Below are positions 1 to 9,210 of a stretch of DNA of 64,000 bases, in pieces. The DNA is from Desulfurococcales archaeon (GTDB lineage Archaea > Thermoproteota > Thermoprotei_A > Sulfolobales > Desulfurococcaceae). Each line of letters starts with the position of its first letter. Within the stretch, counting starts at the first letter, position 1. The notes under the pieces are model-generated. The model did not search any database. It saw only the letters and a list, made by a program, of their open reading frames with translations, and had not been told where the DNA came from. The stretch lies in NCBI GenBank assembly GCA_027022365.1, contig JALVYU010000026.1:512001-576000 (forward strand), in the 5' to 3' direction. The position numbers were made by a program, and so were the translations under genes.

Positions 1-72
1 ACCATATCACAGATTATATTACAAACGCTTTATAAGTTTCTAAAATAGAAATAGAGAAACCAGGGTGAGAAC

Positions 73-549
73 ATGGCCCAAGCCGTGTCTCAGGTTGTTC
101 CTAAAAGCGGTTTTTTGGAGATGGTTGAGCGTGAGTTGACTGTTCTTGAGAATATGTATAGGGATCTTGTTCGTGAGGCGGAAGAAGTACTCGATAGGCT
201 GTATTATGTCAGCTACTACGGTTATGATGACGGCGAAATTAGGATCCGTCGCAACGGGTTGAACAGGCTAGTAGTCGTTATCAATGGCAAGGAGATAGAG
301 TATGGAGATTTCAGCGGAACATGGACTCTAGTAGGAGATCCAAGGATAGTCGTGGAAAACAAGGACAGGCTTCTACGATTGGCGAGGGCATTGAACAGCT
401 TCCATACAGAGATGCAGAAGATACAATCGATAATAGACAGGGCGGAAGCACTTGCAACAAAGCTAGGCAAACCAGAGATCCTAGACAACGTACTCCAGAA
501 GATAACAAAGTACCTTGAAGAACCAAGGATCCTAGGTGATGGAATATGA
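73..549 (+). CDS. Proviral hypothetical protein, coiled-coil
   Basis: 158-aa ORF, TATA-like TTTATAAG about 28-36 and GGTGA RBS upstream. Confidence 0.75.
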   Translation: MAQAVSQVVPKSGFLEMVERELTVLENMYRDLVREAEEVLDRLYYVSYYGYDDGEIRIRRNGLNRLVVVINGKEIEYGDFSGTWTLVGDPRIVVENKDRLLRLARALNSFHTEMQKIQSIIDRAEALATKLGKPEILDNVLQKITKYLEEPRILGDGI

Positions 550-665
550 TCGTATGCTATTCTAGCAAAGAGTCAAGCTATAGATGTGTCGAGGTAGATG
601 ACGAACCCGAGGAATTCTTGATCTACAATCCAAGAACAGGACAATGGGAAGAAGTCAAAGCATAA
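546..665 (+). CDS. Proviral 39-aa microprotein (not in ORF track)
   Basis: ATGA overlap with upstream stop; MIVCYSSKESSYRCVEVDDEPEEFLIYNPRTGQWEEVKA fills the operon gap. Confidence 0.6.
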   Translation: MIVCYSSKESSYRCVEVDDEPEEFLIYNPRTGQWEEVKA

Positions 666-675
666 GGGTGATAGG

Positions 676-939
676 ATGAGCCTTGTTCTACGCTATAAGC
701 GTAAATACTATATTACTCTCAGCGGAACAGCGAGAAGGCTATTATTGAAGCATAACAGGAAATTCTATGAAGAGTACATGGATCTTCTCGAGGAAATGTA
801 TGAAGTAAGGGCTGTCAACGGCGAAGAAGCAAAACAACTATTCCTAAACGAGTACAAAGCGATAGCAAGCCTATACAGGAAAGCAGCAGAGATCACAAAA
901 CTACCATTGGAACAAGTCCTAAGAGCCTACCCAGGGTGA
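676..939 (+). CDS. Proviral hypothetical protein
   Basis: 87-aa ORF with GGTGA RBS, in operon. Confidence 0.7.
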   Translation: MSLVLRYKRKYYITLSGTARRLLLKHNRKFYEEYMDLLEEMYEVRAVNGEEAKQLFLNEYKAIASLYRKAAEITKLPLEQVLRAYPG

Positions 940-943
940 TCCG

Positions 944-1180
944 GTGATGTTGGCTGATTGTAGAAAATGTGTATACTTCATTCCTATAGAGAAGTTTGAG
1001 GAATATGATATGCTAGATCTGCTCGATGAAGCAGAGAGCCTTAAACATCATGGAATCACGATTCTAGGGTGGTGCAACAGATTCCACAGATTCGTGAAAT
1101 ACTATAAGGGCAAATGCAGGGGCTTCGCCAGAAAAGCGATCAAGCAACATACACTAAAGGAATACGGGGTGATCTATTAA
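944..1180 (+). CDS. Proviral small Cys-rich, putative Zn-binding protein
   Basis: CRKC...GWC...C pattern. Confidence 0.65.
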   Translation: MMLADCRKCVYFIPIEKFEEYDMLDLLDEAESLKHHGITILGWCNRFHRFVKYYKGKCRGFARKAIKQHTLKEYGVIY

Positions 1181-1404
1181 TGGTTTATCTTTCACGTAAT
1201 ACTACTACACATAGTATATTGAGCTATCTCGATGATTTATATGATGCTTGTAGAGAACAAGACTATGATATAAGCATTATTGATGATGTAATAAAATATG
1301 ACTACTCTGTAAAACGAGCAATAGCTAATATATGTAGAATATATGAATACTACCTTCCCGTTCCAAACGATGATTTCTTATTAATATGGGAAAATCATTG
1401 GTGA
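1180..1404 (+). CDS. Proviral hypothetical protein
   Basis: TAATG coupling to upstream gene suggests start at 1180. Confidence 0.55.
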   Translation: MVYLSRNTTTHSILSYLDDLYDACREQDYDISIIDDVIKYDYSVKRAIANICRIYEYYLPVPNDDFLLIWENHW

Positions 1405-1408
1405 TCTT

Positions 1409-1936
1409 GTGATGTCTGCTCCTATTAGTAAACAATATAATAGAGAAACGGAGCCAAACACTCATAATAATGTATTATATAATAGGGAGCGTGTAAACAG
1501 TTTACAGTATGTAAACATTTCTCTTAATAATAAATTAGATAATAAGACATTGCTAGGATTAACAGATACTATTAGTGTAAGAGTGCCGCTTCTTTACAAG
1601 TTGTTATTTAAGGAGATAAGAAAGGATCCTTTGAAATGGAGAGTGTTCAAGGAATCTCTTCTATCATTGATAAAGAGTATTAGTGAGAGCAATATCGAGC
1701 CAAGCACTAATGTGAATATTCAGTTATCACCAACGATAGTTATAAACAATGTCAAGGTCAAGGCAGAAGCAAAAACAGAGATCAGCATTGATGTTGATAG
1801 TGTTCTTAACGAGATTGCTAAGCTTAAACGCTTGATTAGTAACTGGGCTAGGATGAGGAAGATACCGCCAGCAGCCTACGATACTGCTTCTAATTTGATC
1901 AAAGCAATCGAGAAACAACTCAAAGCGGTGAATTGA
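1409..1936 (+). CDS. Proviral hypothetical protein, possible RHH-like segment
   Basis: 175-aa ORF; TISVRVP strand-helix motif. Confidence 0.6.
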   Translation: MMSAPISKQYNRETEPNTHNNVLYNRERVNSLQYVNISLNNKLDNKTLLGLTDTISVRVPLLYKLLFKEIRKDPLKWRVFKESLLSLIKSISESNIEPSTNVNIQLSPTIVINNVKVKAEAKTEISIDVDSVLNEIAKLKRLISNWARMRKIPPAAYDTASNLIKAIEKQLKAVN

Positions 1937-1939
1937 GCC

Positions 1940-2494
1940 ATGAAATATGTTATTATTAAGCCTCGTGCCGGCGGAACAGCGTTCTGGAGAAGCATGATCC
2001 ATTGCTTAAGGGAAGGAGAACATAGAGTTCTACGGTTGAAGCTACATAGCAGGGCTTACTTGTATTTATTCCCAATAGAATCCGTCGATCTCGAGCAAAT
2101 TATTACATGGAACTATCTAGTTGCGGATGTAGAGAAGATTAGCTGGGAGTGGGACGGGCGGGAAGAAATCATCATCGAGAAAAAGAAAATAAAGTATATT
2201 GATGAATGGGTATTTGAAAACGAGTCCTGGATCATAAAAGTTAGAACAAGGGACAACGAGTACACAGTCTATCCTAATAGGAGAATAGAGCAGCTTACCG
2301 GTCAGAATCAGAGCCTGAGTAATAGCAGCTATAGAACAGTATCCGATACTGATGTTCCAGGTGTACAGTCTCAAACACTAAGGTCCTCGAGAACCACAGA
2401 ATCAAACTCTGAGATAGGACCTGATACGGTATCTGATTCTGAACCAGGTCCTGGATCTGCAGAATCCGAGACCGAACACCTGGATAGGTGGTGA
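1940..2494 (+). CDS. Proviral hypothetical protein with low-complexity acidic Ser/Thr tail
   Basis: 184-aa ORF in operon. Confidence 0.65.
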   Translation: MKYVIIKPRAGGTAFWRSMIHCLREGEHRVLRLKLHSRAYLYLFPIESVDLEQIITWNYLVADVEKISWEWDGREEIIIEKKKIKYIDEWVFENESWIIKVRTRDNEYTVYPNRRIEQLTGQNQSLSNSSYRTVSDTDVPGVQSQTLRSSRTTESNSEIGPDTVSDSEPGPGSAESETEHLDRW

Positions 2495-2498
2495 ACTA

Positions 2499-3032
2499 AT
2501 GAGCTCGGTTAAGGCTAAGCGTTTGAAACAGGAATTCCGTAGCAAGTGGCGTGATGGCGTTATCCGTGAATGGATTGTTAAGCAGCTGCTAGACCTGATA
2601 TTCCTACAGAAGAAGCTACCATATAGGATCCTATGGACTGGTGTAGGGGCTGGAAACGCTGAGCATGTAGATGAAAACTATGATTCACCATTAAACGCCT
2701 TCGACCTGGTTATAGTTAATGAAAACATGAAGATACTAGCATACCTAGAAGTAACGGGTACAAATGATCTCTGCAGGGGAGAAGAACTATGTATTGGTGC
2801 CTGGAAGCTCTTCAAGGCTGAGCGCTTCAATGTTCAGGATAAGGTATGGTATATCCATGTATTGAGTAGCAAGATCCCTATCAGGGTAATTAGTTATGCT
2901 AGGCTGAAGAAGATAAGTAGCTTCAGAGTACTACAGGAAACAAGCCTAGTACATGGAAAATTCTATTGTTCACCTGTAAACAAGTGGGGTTCGATCAGCG
3001 ATCTAATAAGATGGCTCAGGGTGAGAAAATGA
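2499..3032 (+). CDS. Putative PD-(D/E)XK family nuclease
   Basis: E...FDLVIV...YLEVTG motif typical of restriction-fold nucleases (Lys replaced by Thr). Confidence 0.55.
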   Translation: MSSVKAKRLKQEFRSKWRDGVIREWIVKQLLDLIFLQKKLPYRILWTGVGAGNAEHVDENYDSPLNAFDLVIVNENMKILAYLEVTGTNDLCRGEELCIGAWKLFKAERFNVQDKVWYIHVLSSKIPIRVISYARLKKISSFRVLQETSLVHGKFYCSPVNKWGSISDLIRWLRVRK

Positions 3033-3268
3033 TAACGCAGAAGAAAGTAGTTGAAGCAGTCAATGAATTCAATAGAATAAGCAATCACACGATCAGAAAA
3101 TACATATACGAGCTGATGGAACTACTCGATGACCATGAATTACTAACAATAATAATGAATAATGTGAAAGACTTTGGAATAAGGAAAAAAGCATACGAGA
3201 TACTACAGAAACGCATTAAACAAGTTAATAATAATGGCTTGGAACATGACTATGCTGTAAAACACTAA
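3029..3268 (+). CDS. Proviral hypothetical protein
   Basis: ATGA overlap with upstream gene. Confidence 0.55.
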   Translation: MITQKKVVEAVNEFNRISNHTIRKYIYELMELLDDHELLTIIMNNVKDFGIRKKAYEILQKRIKQVNNNGLEHDYAVKH

Positions 3269-3463
3269 TAGTTTCTTATCCATACTAAAATAAAGATAAA
3301 CACCCAGGCCTATCTTAAACAATAGAAGCAAAAACCAGTTATGCAACAAGAGATTAACTACAGGATTAAGCTCTCTGGCCCCACTTCTAATAGCTAAGTA
3401 AGTAGTTAAAACATCTAGAAGCTGTAATCCTACAATATATATGAGTAAGAGTTTATTCTTCAT
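3203..3463 (-). CDS. DUF5658-like small membrane protein
   Basis: LDVLTTYLAI...GARELNP motif, about 3 TM helices. Confidence 0.7.
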   Translation of the reverse strand: MKNKLLLIYIVGLQLLDVLTTYLAIRSGARELNPVVNLLLHNWFLLLLFKIGLGVYLYFSMDKKLLVFYSIVMFQAIIINLFNAFL

Positions 3464-4256
3464 AGAAAGCTCTCCACTTTAGTTCTTGTTTAAGCTTCTT
3501 CCACTCCTCATAGATGTAATCCATTATTTTACTCGGGCCTATTTCACGAGAAGCCATTATCAGTTTAGTGTATAGGTTTAGGTAAGCATTTCTTATCTTC
3601 TCGTATTCATTATAGTTAGGGGTTCTCAGCACAATGTGATCTACATATATGTTTGCACTATCCCAGTAGAATTTACCCCATTCCGTATATCTTTCTCTCC
3701 TAACTTGTATCTCTGCAATGCTCTGGGGAGTCTTATGGTTAGATGTCCCGTTCCTTATCATTCTTACTCTGAACTTATAGAGATTACCATTATTCTTGAT
3801 GTTTCGTGGTAAACTATACTCGCTAGTCATAGTCATTAGCACAGCTCCGATATTAACTCTTAGCGTCTCAAACGCTCCACGAATACCGATACTCATAGGA
3901 TGCCATGAAGTCCTTTTCAACAGCTCCATCCAAATACCCGCATCATCCCAGATAAGAATGGGTATCCATATATTGTTTCTCTGCAAATAATCAACGGCTT
4001 GTTGAAAATCAAAGGGAGTAAACACTATAAACTTGAGAACTTGATCCCAATCTCGGATAAACTCGTAAGCCACTTTCATAGCATAAATACTCTTGCCCGC
4101 ACCAGTCTTACCATAGATCCCAACTATTGTACCACTATTATAGGTCTTTATCTCGATAAACAAGAGCCTACTAAGGTTCTTTCTAGGCTTAGCAATGTTT
4201 AAACTAGGTAAGGGTATGGGGGTACCCCCCTCAATATATGTCAATTTTTCTACCAT
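3453..4256 (-). CDS. P-loop ATPase, fusellovirus B251-like (DnaA-like/Zot-related)
   Basis: Walker A GKTGAGKS; Walker B IPILIWDDAGIW resembling SSV B251 family. Confidence 0.8.
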   Translation of the reverse strand: MVEKLTYIEGGTPIPLPSLNIAKPRKNLSRLLFIEIKTYNSGTIVGIYGKTGAGKSIYAMKVAYEFIRDWDQVLKFIVFTPFDFQQAVDYLQRNNIWIPILIWDDAGIWMELLKRTSWHPMSIGIRGAFETLRVNIGAVLMTMTSEYSLPRNIKNNGNLYKFRVRMIRNGTSNHKTPQSIAEIQVRRERYTEWGKFYWDSANIYVDHIVLRTPNYNEYEKIRNAYLNLYTKLIMASREIGPSKIMDYIYEEWKKLKQELKWRAFYEE

Positions 4257-4687
4257 TCACCTTCTCCCTCAAATGTTTCTTGCCTACGCTTTATACGTGA
4301 AAGACTAATGTTTTGGAGTATTCTCCAGGCTCTGCCGCCTGCTATCGCTATGAGTTCTTTGACGCCCTTTCTCTTGTGTGCTCTCTTAAAGATGACATAG
4401 TTTCTAATGAAGTTGATTAGGATTGGGTCTGGTATTAGCTCGCTTATAGCCTTAAGCGTTGCCAGTGCTTTTACTTCTCCGCCCGATAATTCCGTAAGAG
4501 TATACTTGGCTAAGCCCCTTGGATTAACCAACAACTCCACTGCTTTCTTCTGTCCCGCTGCGAGATCTCCTTCGAGGCCTTCCCAGAAGTCTTCTTCCTC
4601 ATCATCGAGTATCGGTAGACTAAAGTCCTGTATATCCAAGTCATCGGCTTCTTCTTTTTCTTTCCTTTTCTTCTTAGACTTAGCCAT
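4250..4687 (-). CDS. Proviral hypothetical protein coupled to ATPase
   Basis: 145-aa ORF overlapping ATPase start; basic then acidic N-terminus. Confidence 0.7.
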   Translation of the reverse strand: MAKSKKKRKEKEEADDLDIQDFSLPILDDEEEDFWEGLEGDLAAGQKKAVELLVNPRGLAKYTLTELSGGEVKALATLKAISELIPDPILINFIRNYVIFKRAHKRKGVKELIAIAGGRAWRILQNISLSRIKRRQETFEGEGEW

Positions 4688-4688
4688 G

Positions 4689-4817
4689 TTATTCGCCCCA
4701 ATAATTACTCAACTCCTCATAGTCTCTCTCGTTAAGCTCTTCCCTCAATAGAAAATATTCTAGTAGAAAAGCCGCCTTTCCCAAGGCTTTAAGAATCATG
4801 AACCTATAATACGCCAT
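4689..4817 (-). CDS. Proviral 42-aa microprotein (not in ORF track)
   Basis: MAYYRFMILKALGKAAFLLEYFLLREELNERDYEELSNYWGE, GGTGA RBS, fills the operon gap. Confidence 0.55.
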   Translation of the reverse strand: MAYYRFMILKALGKAAFLLEYFLLREELNERDYEELSNYWGE

Positions 4818-4822
4818 TTTAT

Positions 4823-5368
4823 TCACCTTATGATAATGCTATGACCGAGCAATGGTAAAACGAAGAAGATCAACAATATGATGATAACCATTCCAGTAAA
4901 CATATATAATATAGCTTCTCCCTTTGAGACGGTGATCTTTCCTAGCAATTTATGTATTGAGTGGCTAGCAATGTAGTTGTACAGAGTTCTTGGATTCAAT
5001 ACTACAGGGTTGAGTTTTCCGGTTTTAACATCTTTAGGCGGATCCTCAAACTGGTATAATGCATTAGTATTAGCGTCAAGTATGTAGAGCTGATAAGTGT
5101 TTCTACCCATTCTCAGGAGATATGGTTCCTTCTTCTCGACTCTATACAGCTTGTTCTTATCAACTATTATTGTCCCGTCCTCGAAAACCATAGCGTTTTT
5201 CTTCAACTCTATGATGTCGCCGTTTCTAATCATTACTACAGCTTTACCTATTTTCTTGATCTCGTTCTTGTTCATTGTTTTGCTCGGTAGTTGTGAATAC
5301 ATCACCTTAGCAATCGGATAGACAAGGATCAGCAATATCACTAGTAGGAAATACAGTATCCATTCCAT
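4823..5368 (-). CDS. Proviral membrane protein (N- and C-terminal TM helices)
   Basis: Hydrophobic termini, soluble core; upstream TATA and RBS. Confidence 0.75.
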   Translation of the reverse strand: MEWILYFLLVILLILVYPIAKVMYSQLPSKTMNKNEIKKIGKAVVMIRNGDIIELKKNAMVFEDGTIIVDKNKLYRVEKKEPYLLRMGRNTYQLYILDANTNALYQFEDPPKDVKTGKLNPVVLNPRTLYNYIASHSIHKLLGKITVSKGEAILYMFTGMVIIILLIFFVLPLLGHSIIIR

Positions 5369-5423
5369 AAGATCACCAAGAACTAGTTTATCTCAGCCCT
5401 TATAAGAGCCGAAAAGCTCACGT

Positions 5424-5443
5424 AAGCTATCATCAGCTTTTCA
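5424..5443 (-). promoter_or_regulatory. 20-bp operator-like motif, copy 1
   Basis: Reverse complement TGAAAAGCTGATGATAGCTT matches 7099-7118 at 19/20; lies between divergent genes. Confidence 0.6.
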
Positions 5444-5487
5444 CAGGATATATTTTTAATTCCAAGTTCTTCTCGGTGAGAGAGTGT

Positions 5488-6666
5488 ATGAAGCACTACT
5501 TACCATTATTACTGTTACTGCTTATCTTGCCTGGTATACTAGTAACTGGTTCTACAACTACAACTCAAATAGGTCCAGGCGTAGATACTCAAAGAAGTGA
5601 TGCCCAATGGTACTATTTCGGACCGATGACATACGATATGTATCCATTCGGAGACATCTACATAGAGTTCCATGTTCCAGCTAATGGAACATATACATTC
5701 TATATTGGGTGGGGTACGGTTGAGCAGCATGCAAGCGGATATATTCAGTTCGAGCTAACGGATAATAATAACAATTACATTAAAGATACAACAATAACAT
5801 TCAGCGATGGAGTAGAGTTCCACACAGAACAACTATTCAGCGTTTATTTAACCAAGGGAACGTATAGGCTATGGATAAAGCCCCATTTCACAGACGGATC
5901 CCTTATGCTGCTAAGCTATGACCCTTCAACAGATCCCAGCAACAGCTACTACAATCATCCACAAAATGGCTGGATCCAGCTAAGGGATCTAGCCTGGTAT
6001 GCACTATATGATAATAGTGCAGGATCCGGAAGTACAGGCACAACCAGTATCCCAGAACCCAGGGCAGTTTATAATCCGAACGACATATGGAGCGACTCTA
6101 ACTATGTATATGTAAAGATCACTATTTGGAACTGGAAAAACGGGACAACAATAACAATCTATAGATACGATGAGATCCTAGACACATATACAGATAAACA
6201 ACAATTCATAGTTCAAAATACTGGTAAACAAACAATAATCGCAAAATTCAAGCGGATCAATGGTGGAGAATACTCTGGTGATTACATCTATATCCAGGGC
6301 TATGATCTCAACGGAAACTATTATAGTATGAGACTGCAGCGCTTTAACATAACAGTAGCCCCTAAGGGATGGCTAGATGAAATCAAGCAATGGTTCCAGG
6401 CACTATACAGTTATGCAGGCCTAGCTTTTGCAACCGTTAAAGCAATAGTACCGTATGCTGGGATATTCTATATGTTAGCATTGACTGGAGTATTATTTCA
6501 ATGTATAAAAGAACTAAGCATCACGCCATTATTCGATTTCTTCTACAAGCAGTATACTATGCTTGTAAGCCTGGCCAATTTTGCCATAAAAATAGCCCAG
6601 ATAATATATAATGGTTTTAAGGCATTAGCACAAGCCATTATCTCAATTATTACTAGCCTAGTCTAA
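5488..6666 (+). CDS. Secreted or virion beta-rich protein with C-terminal hydrophobic helices (putative adhesin/tail protein)
   Basis: Signal peptide, aromatic/Thr-rich beta domains, N-glycosylation sequons, hydrophobic C-terminus. Confidence 0.7.
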   Translation: MKHYLPLLLLLLILPGILVTGSTTTTQIGPGVDTQRSDAQWYYFGPMTYDMYPFGDIYIEFHVPANGTYTFYIGWGTVEQHASGYIQFELTDNNNNYIKDTTITFSDGVEFHTEQLFSVYLTKGTYRLWIKPHFTDGSLMLLSYDPSTDPSNSYYNHPQNGWIQLRDLAWYALYDNSAGSGSTGTTSIPEPRAVYNPNDIWSDSNYVYVKITIWNWKNGTTITIYRYDEILDTYTDKQQFIVQNTGKQTIIAKFKRINGGEYSGDYIYIQGYDLNGNYYSMRLQRFNITVAPKGWLDEIKQWFQALYSYAGLAFATVKAIVPYAGIFYMLALTGVLFQCIKELSITPLFDFFYKQYTMLVSLANFAIKIAQIIYNGFKALAQAIISIITSLV

Positions 6667-6767
6667 AACATATCCCACAATAATTTTAACAACCTGTATG
6701 TTAAATAGCCTAAGCCTATGCATGATATGACTACTATTATAACCATAACGGGATCATCATACCACAT
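6663..6767 (-). CDS. 34-aa single-TM microprotein (not in ORF track)
   Basis: MWYDDPVMVIIVVISCIGLGYLTYRLLKLLWDMF; TAATG coupling to 6767..7066. Confidence 0.65.
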   Translation of the reverse strand: MWYDDPVMVIIVVISCIGLGYLTYRLLKLLWDMF

Positions 6768-7066
6768 TATCGGTACACCTGGATAGGCTCCTCGATAACC
6801 GTTATGCCTAGTTCTCTCAGCTTATTTTTCAAAATAGAAATGCGGTTATCGTTAGCCCCATCTACTTGCACAACAAGTTTATACTTGTTAGGCGGATAAA
6901 TATCGGATACGCTGAATAACCATGTTGATAGCTTTACAAGCAGTAAGCCCGGCAATCGGTTCCTAAACCCCTGTGATACTTCGATCTTTCCTGTCGATCT
7001 ATTTATTAAATAGGCTTTGAGAATAATCGGTGGGTTTACTGGTTTACCGCCCACACGGATCACCAA
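6767..7066 (-). CDS. Proviral hypothetical protein
   Basis: 99-aa ORF divergent from capsid-like gene. Confidence 0.6.
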   Translation of the reverse strand: MVIRVGGKPVNPPIILKAYLINRSTGKIEVSQGFRNRLPGLLLVKLSTWLFSVSDIYPPNKYKLVVQVDGANDNRISILKNKLRELGITVIEEPIQVYR

Positions 7067-7098
7067 GTTTAGCCTATATAAATAGCCGATATAAAAGC

Positions 7099-7118
7099 TG
7101 AAAAGCTTATGATAGCTT
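7099..7118 (+). promoter_or_regulatory. 20-bp operator-like motif, copy 2, upstream of capsid-like gene promoter
   Basis: TGAAAAGCTTATGATAGCTT; TATA-like TTATATAT at about 7146 and AGGTGA RBS at about 7175. Confidence 0.6.
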
Positions 7119-7184
7119 GGCTGAGCATTGTATAGTTTCTCGTGTTATATATACTCCCAACCGAAACTATTCTAGGTGATATAA

Positions 7185-7424
7185 ATGTTTGGAAGAGTGA
7201 AGGCTAAATTATCTGGCCTTAGGCTTCGAGCAAAGATGATAAAGTACATGGCAGTAATAGCCTTAACACTTGGAGAAACAACTACTATTGACAGCACACA
7301 GTTCACTAACATGATAAACAGCATGCTACCGCTCATACTAGGAATGATAGGTATAGCATTACCGCTAATCTTCATTAAGTACATTATGCGTTTCCTCGAG
7401 AAAATCCTCAGCGGATTCGGCTAA
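7185..7424 (+). CDS. Putative major capsid protein (small hydrophobic helical protein)
   Basis: 79 aa; basic N-terminus, two hydrophobic segments, PL-x9-P helix with basic tail resembling helix 2 of spindle-virus VP1; own promoter and RBS. Confidence 0.6.
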   Translation: MFGRVKAKLSGLRLRAKMIKYMAVIALTLGETTTIDSTQFTNMINSMLPLILGMIGIALPLIFIKYIMRFLEKILSGFG

Positions 7425-7463
7425 CGCTAACATCACAGTAGCAATATTAATAGGTGATCAGGA

Positions 7464-8135
7464 ATGCAAACAAGCAAGCTAATACCATTTGTTTTCATAA
7501 TTGTCCTAACACTTGGCATTACTTGGGGAGCTTATCAAACACTTGAACAGATAAGTATCCCCTATACAACGTTTAGATCAACTGGTATAACCTGGTATCC
7601 GTTAAGCAAAGCATATGACACGAATCATTTGCTAATAGGTATTCAGCCAGTCAATATACAGTTTAACAGTACAGCAACACAGAAGAAAATTGTAATAGAG
7701 ATTGCTGGATCTGATGCTTCAAACCATCTCGACCTGGCGTTCTATGATAATGGCATAATAGATATTGTTGGAACAACATCATCGGGAGCAACAAAATTAG
7801 CTGATACATCAAGCAGCGGCGTAAAATGGCAGGATACAAACTTTATCATCGTTGAGATAACAGGTACGACTGTAAAGGTAGAGACGGATAACGGAACCGT
7901 ATTGGCAAGTGTTACATGGGATAACATGCCCTCGACAATAGAGCAGATCGGCGGTAGTGCCGGAGTAGATTCGTTAACTGGCGGAACGGTTTATGTTGCT
8001 ATACTATATGATCCATACCAGTCAATAACTAGCTCGATGACATCAATGTTTCCACTGGTTGCTGTGATGATAGGTATTGCAATACCACTACTGTTCCTGA
8101 AGATGATCATGAGATTCCTAAACAAGATATTCTAG
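7464..8135 (+). CDS. Capsid-protein paralogue with inserted beta-sandwich (lectin-like) domain
   Basis: Shares LTLG and C-terminal SMFPLVAVMIGIAIPLLFLKMIMRFLNKI with 7185..7424. Confidence 0.7.
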   Translation: MQTSKLIPFVFIIVLTLGITWGAYQTLEQISIPYTTFRSTGITWYPLSKAYDTNHLLIGIQPVNIQFNSTATQKKIVIEIAGSDASNHLDLAFYDNGIIDIVGTTSSGATKLADTSSSGVKWQDTNFIIVEITGTTVKVETDNGTVLASVTWDNMPSTIEQIGGSAGVDSLTGGTVYVAILYDPYQSITSSMTSMFPLVAVMIGIAIPLLFLKMIMRFLNKIF

Positions 8136-8148
8136 TCTTTTTTCTTCA
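8136..8148 (+). terminator. Oligo-T archaeal terminator
   Basis: TCTTTTTTCTTC directly after stop codon. Confidence 0.45.
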
Positions 8149-8172
8149 CTAACATTATTATGGGGGTACGCA

Positions 8173-9150
8173 TTGAAGTATTTGCCTGTATTTTTGATGA
8201 TACTCATAGTTTTATCGGGTCTAGGAATAACTTTTCTGAATAATAGTCCCAATTACAGCTATAGCTTGGATAAGAATGATTTGAGGCATTTCCTTGAATC
8301 GCAATATATACCAAGCATTGGATTGCTCAGAGCAGCTACAACTACATATCCTGATAACATTACAATATATATTTCCAACGATAATGTCTTGGCTGCGAGA
8401 GCCTTAGCCGTTCTCGGATCACCATTAGCTTCAAAGGTCTTAACAATTCTAAATAATAATTTCAGCGGTGGATGGAATGGCAAAATAGATATACTGCTTG
8501 GTAGGGATATACCGGACAACTTCTACTCTAGCTATAACGAGCTTGTTAAAGAAGATGACGGTTACAGAATTGTCTGGGAAAAACTAAATACTTCTATCAT
8601 CATAACTGACTGGTATAACTACGCTGATCTCCTAGTATATCATGCCCTGGACAGACTATTATGGGGTTCTAGGCCTGAGGCCGAGAAATCGTTTCTTAAT
8701 TTAACCAAAATGTGGGATGGATATGGTTTCCGGGATAAGCCTACAAGCGAAACCGGTGTCTATGCAGTCTACAAGTGCGCTCTTTTCATTTATCTCTATA
8801 GAGCGCTAGAAGCAGCAGGTTCTAACGTTATCTACCGTTATAGAGATATCTATGAGAAATGCCTAGAAATAATAGCAAAAGCACAGGACGCCATTAAAGG
8901 CGGTATTCATACAGATTATCGTATAGTTAATGGAAGAATTATTATCCAAGGAGACATGAATACTGAGACGACCAGCATGGTAGTATTAGCATTGTACTCA
9001 AACTATCCAGTCGTGATAGGATCCCATGCTAAATCGTCTCAGAGACTAGTGCCTGGATATGTCTATAGTTTTGGATATAATATTTTGGCGTGGACATTAT
9101 CATTTGTTGTATTTGGGGCAGTTACTAGATTCTTAAGGAAGCTGATGTAA
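8173..9150 (+). CDS. Membrane-anchored helical (alpha/alpha toroid, glycosidase-like) protein
   Basis: Signal/TM N-terminus, WDGYG, GGIHTDY and NTETT motifs, C-terminal TM ending RFLRKLM. Confidence 0.55.
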   Translation: MKYLPVFLMILIVLSGLGITFLNNSPNYSYSLDKNDLRHFLESQYIPSIGLLRAATTTYPDNITIYISNDNVLAARALAVLGSPLASKVLTILNNNFSGGWNGKIDILLGRDIPDNFYSSYNELVKEDDGYRIVWEKLNTSIIITDWYNYADLLVYHALDRLLWGSRPEAEKSFLNLTKMWDGYGFRDKPTSETGVYAVYKCALFIYLYRALEAAGSNVIYRYRDIYEKCLEIIAKAQDAIKGGIHTDYRIVNGRIIIQGDMNTETTSMVVLALYSNYPVVIGSHAKSSQRLVPGYVYSFGYNILAWTLSFVVFGAVTRFLRKLM

Positions 9151-9210
9151 GCATTCATAAGCTTTTCGCCAAAAATATGTTCCGCTCCTACCCCTTTCCT
9201 AGGTGGGATA

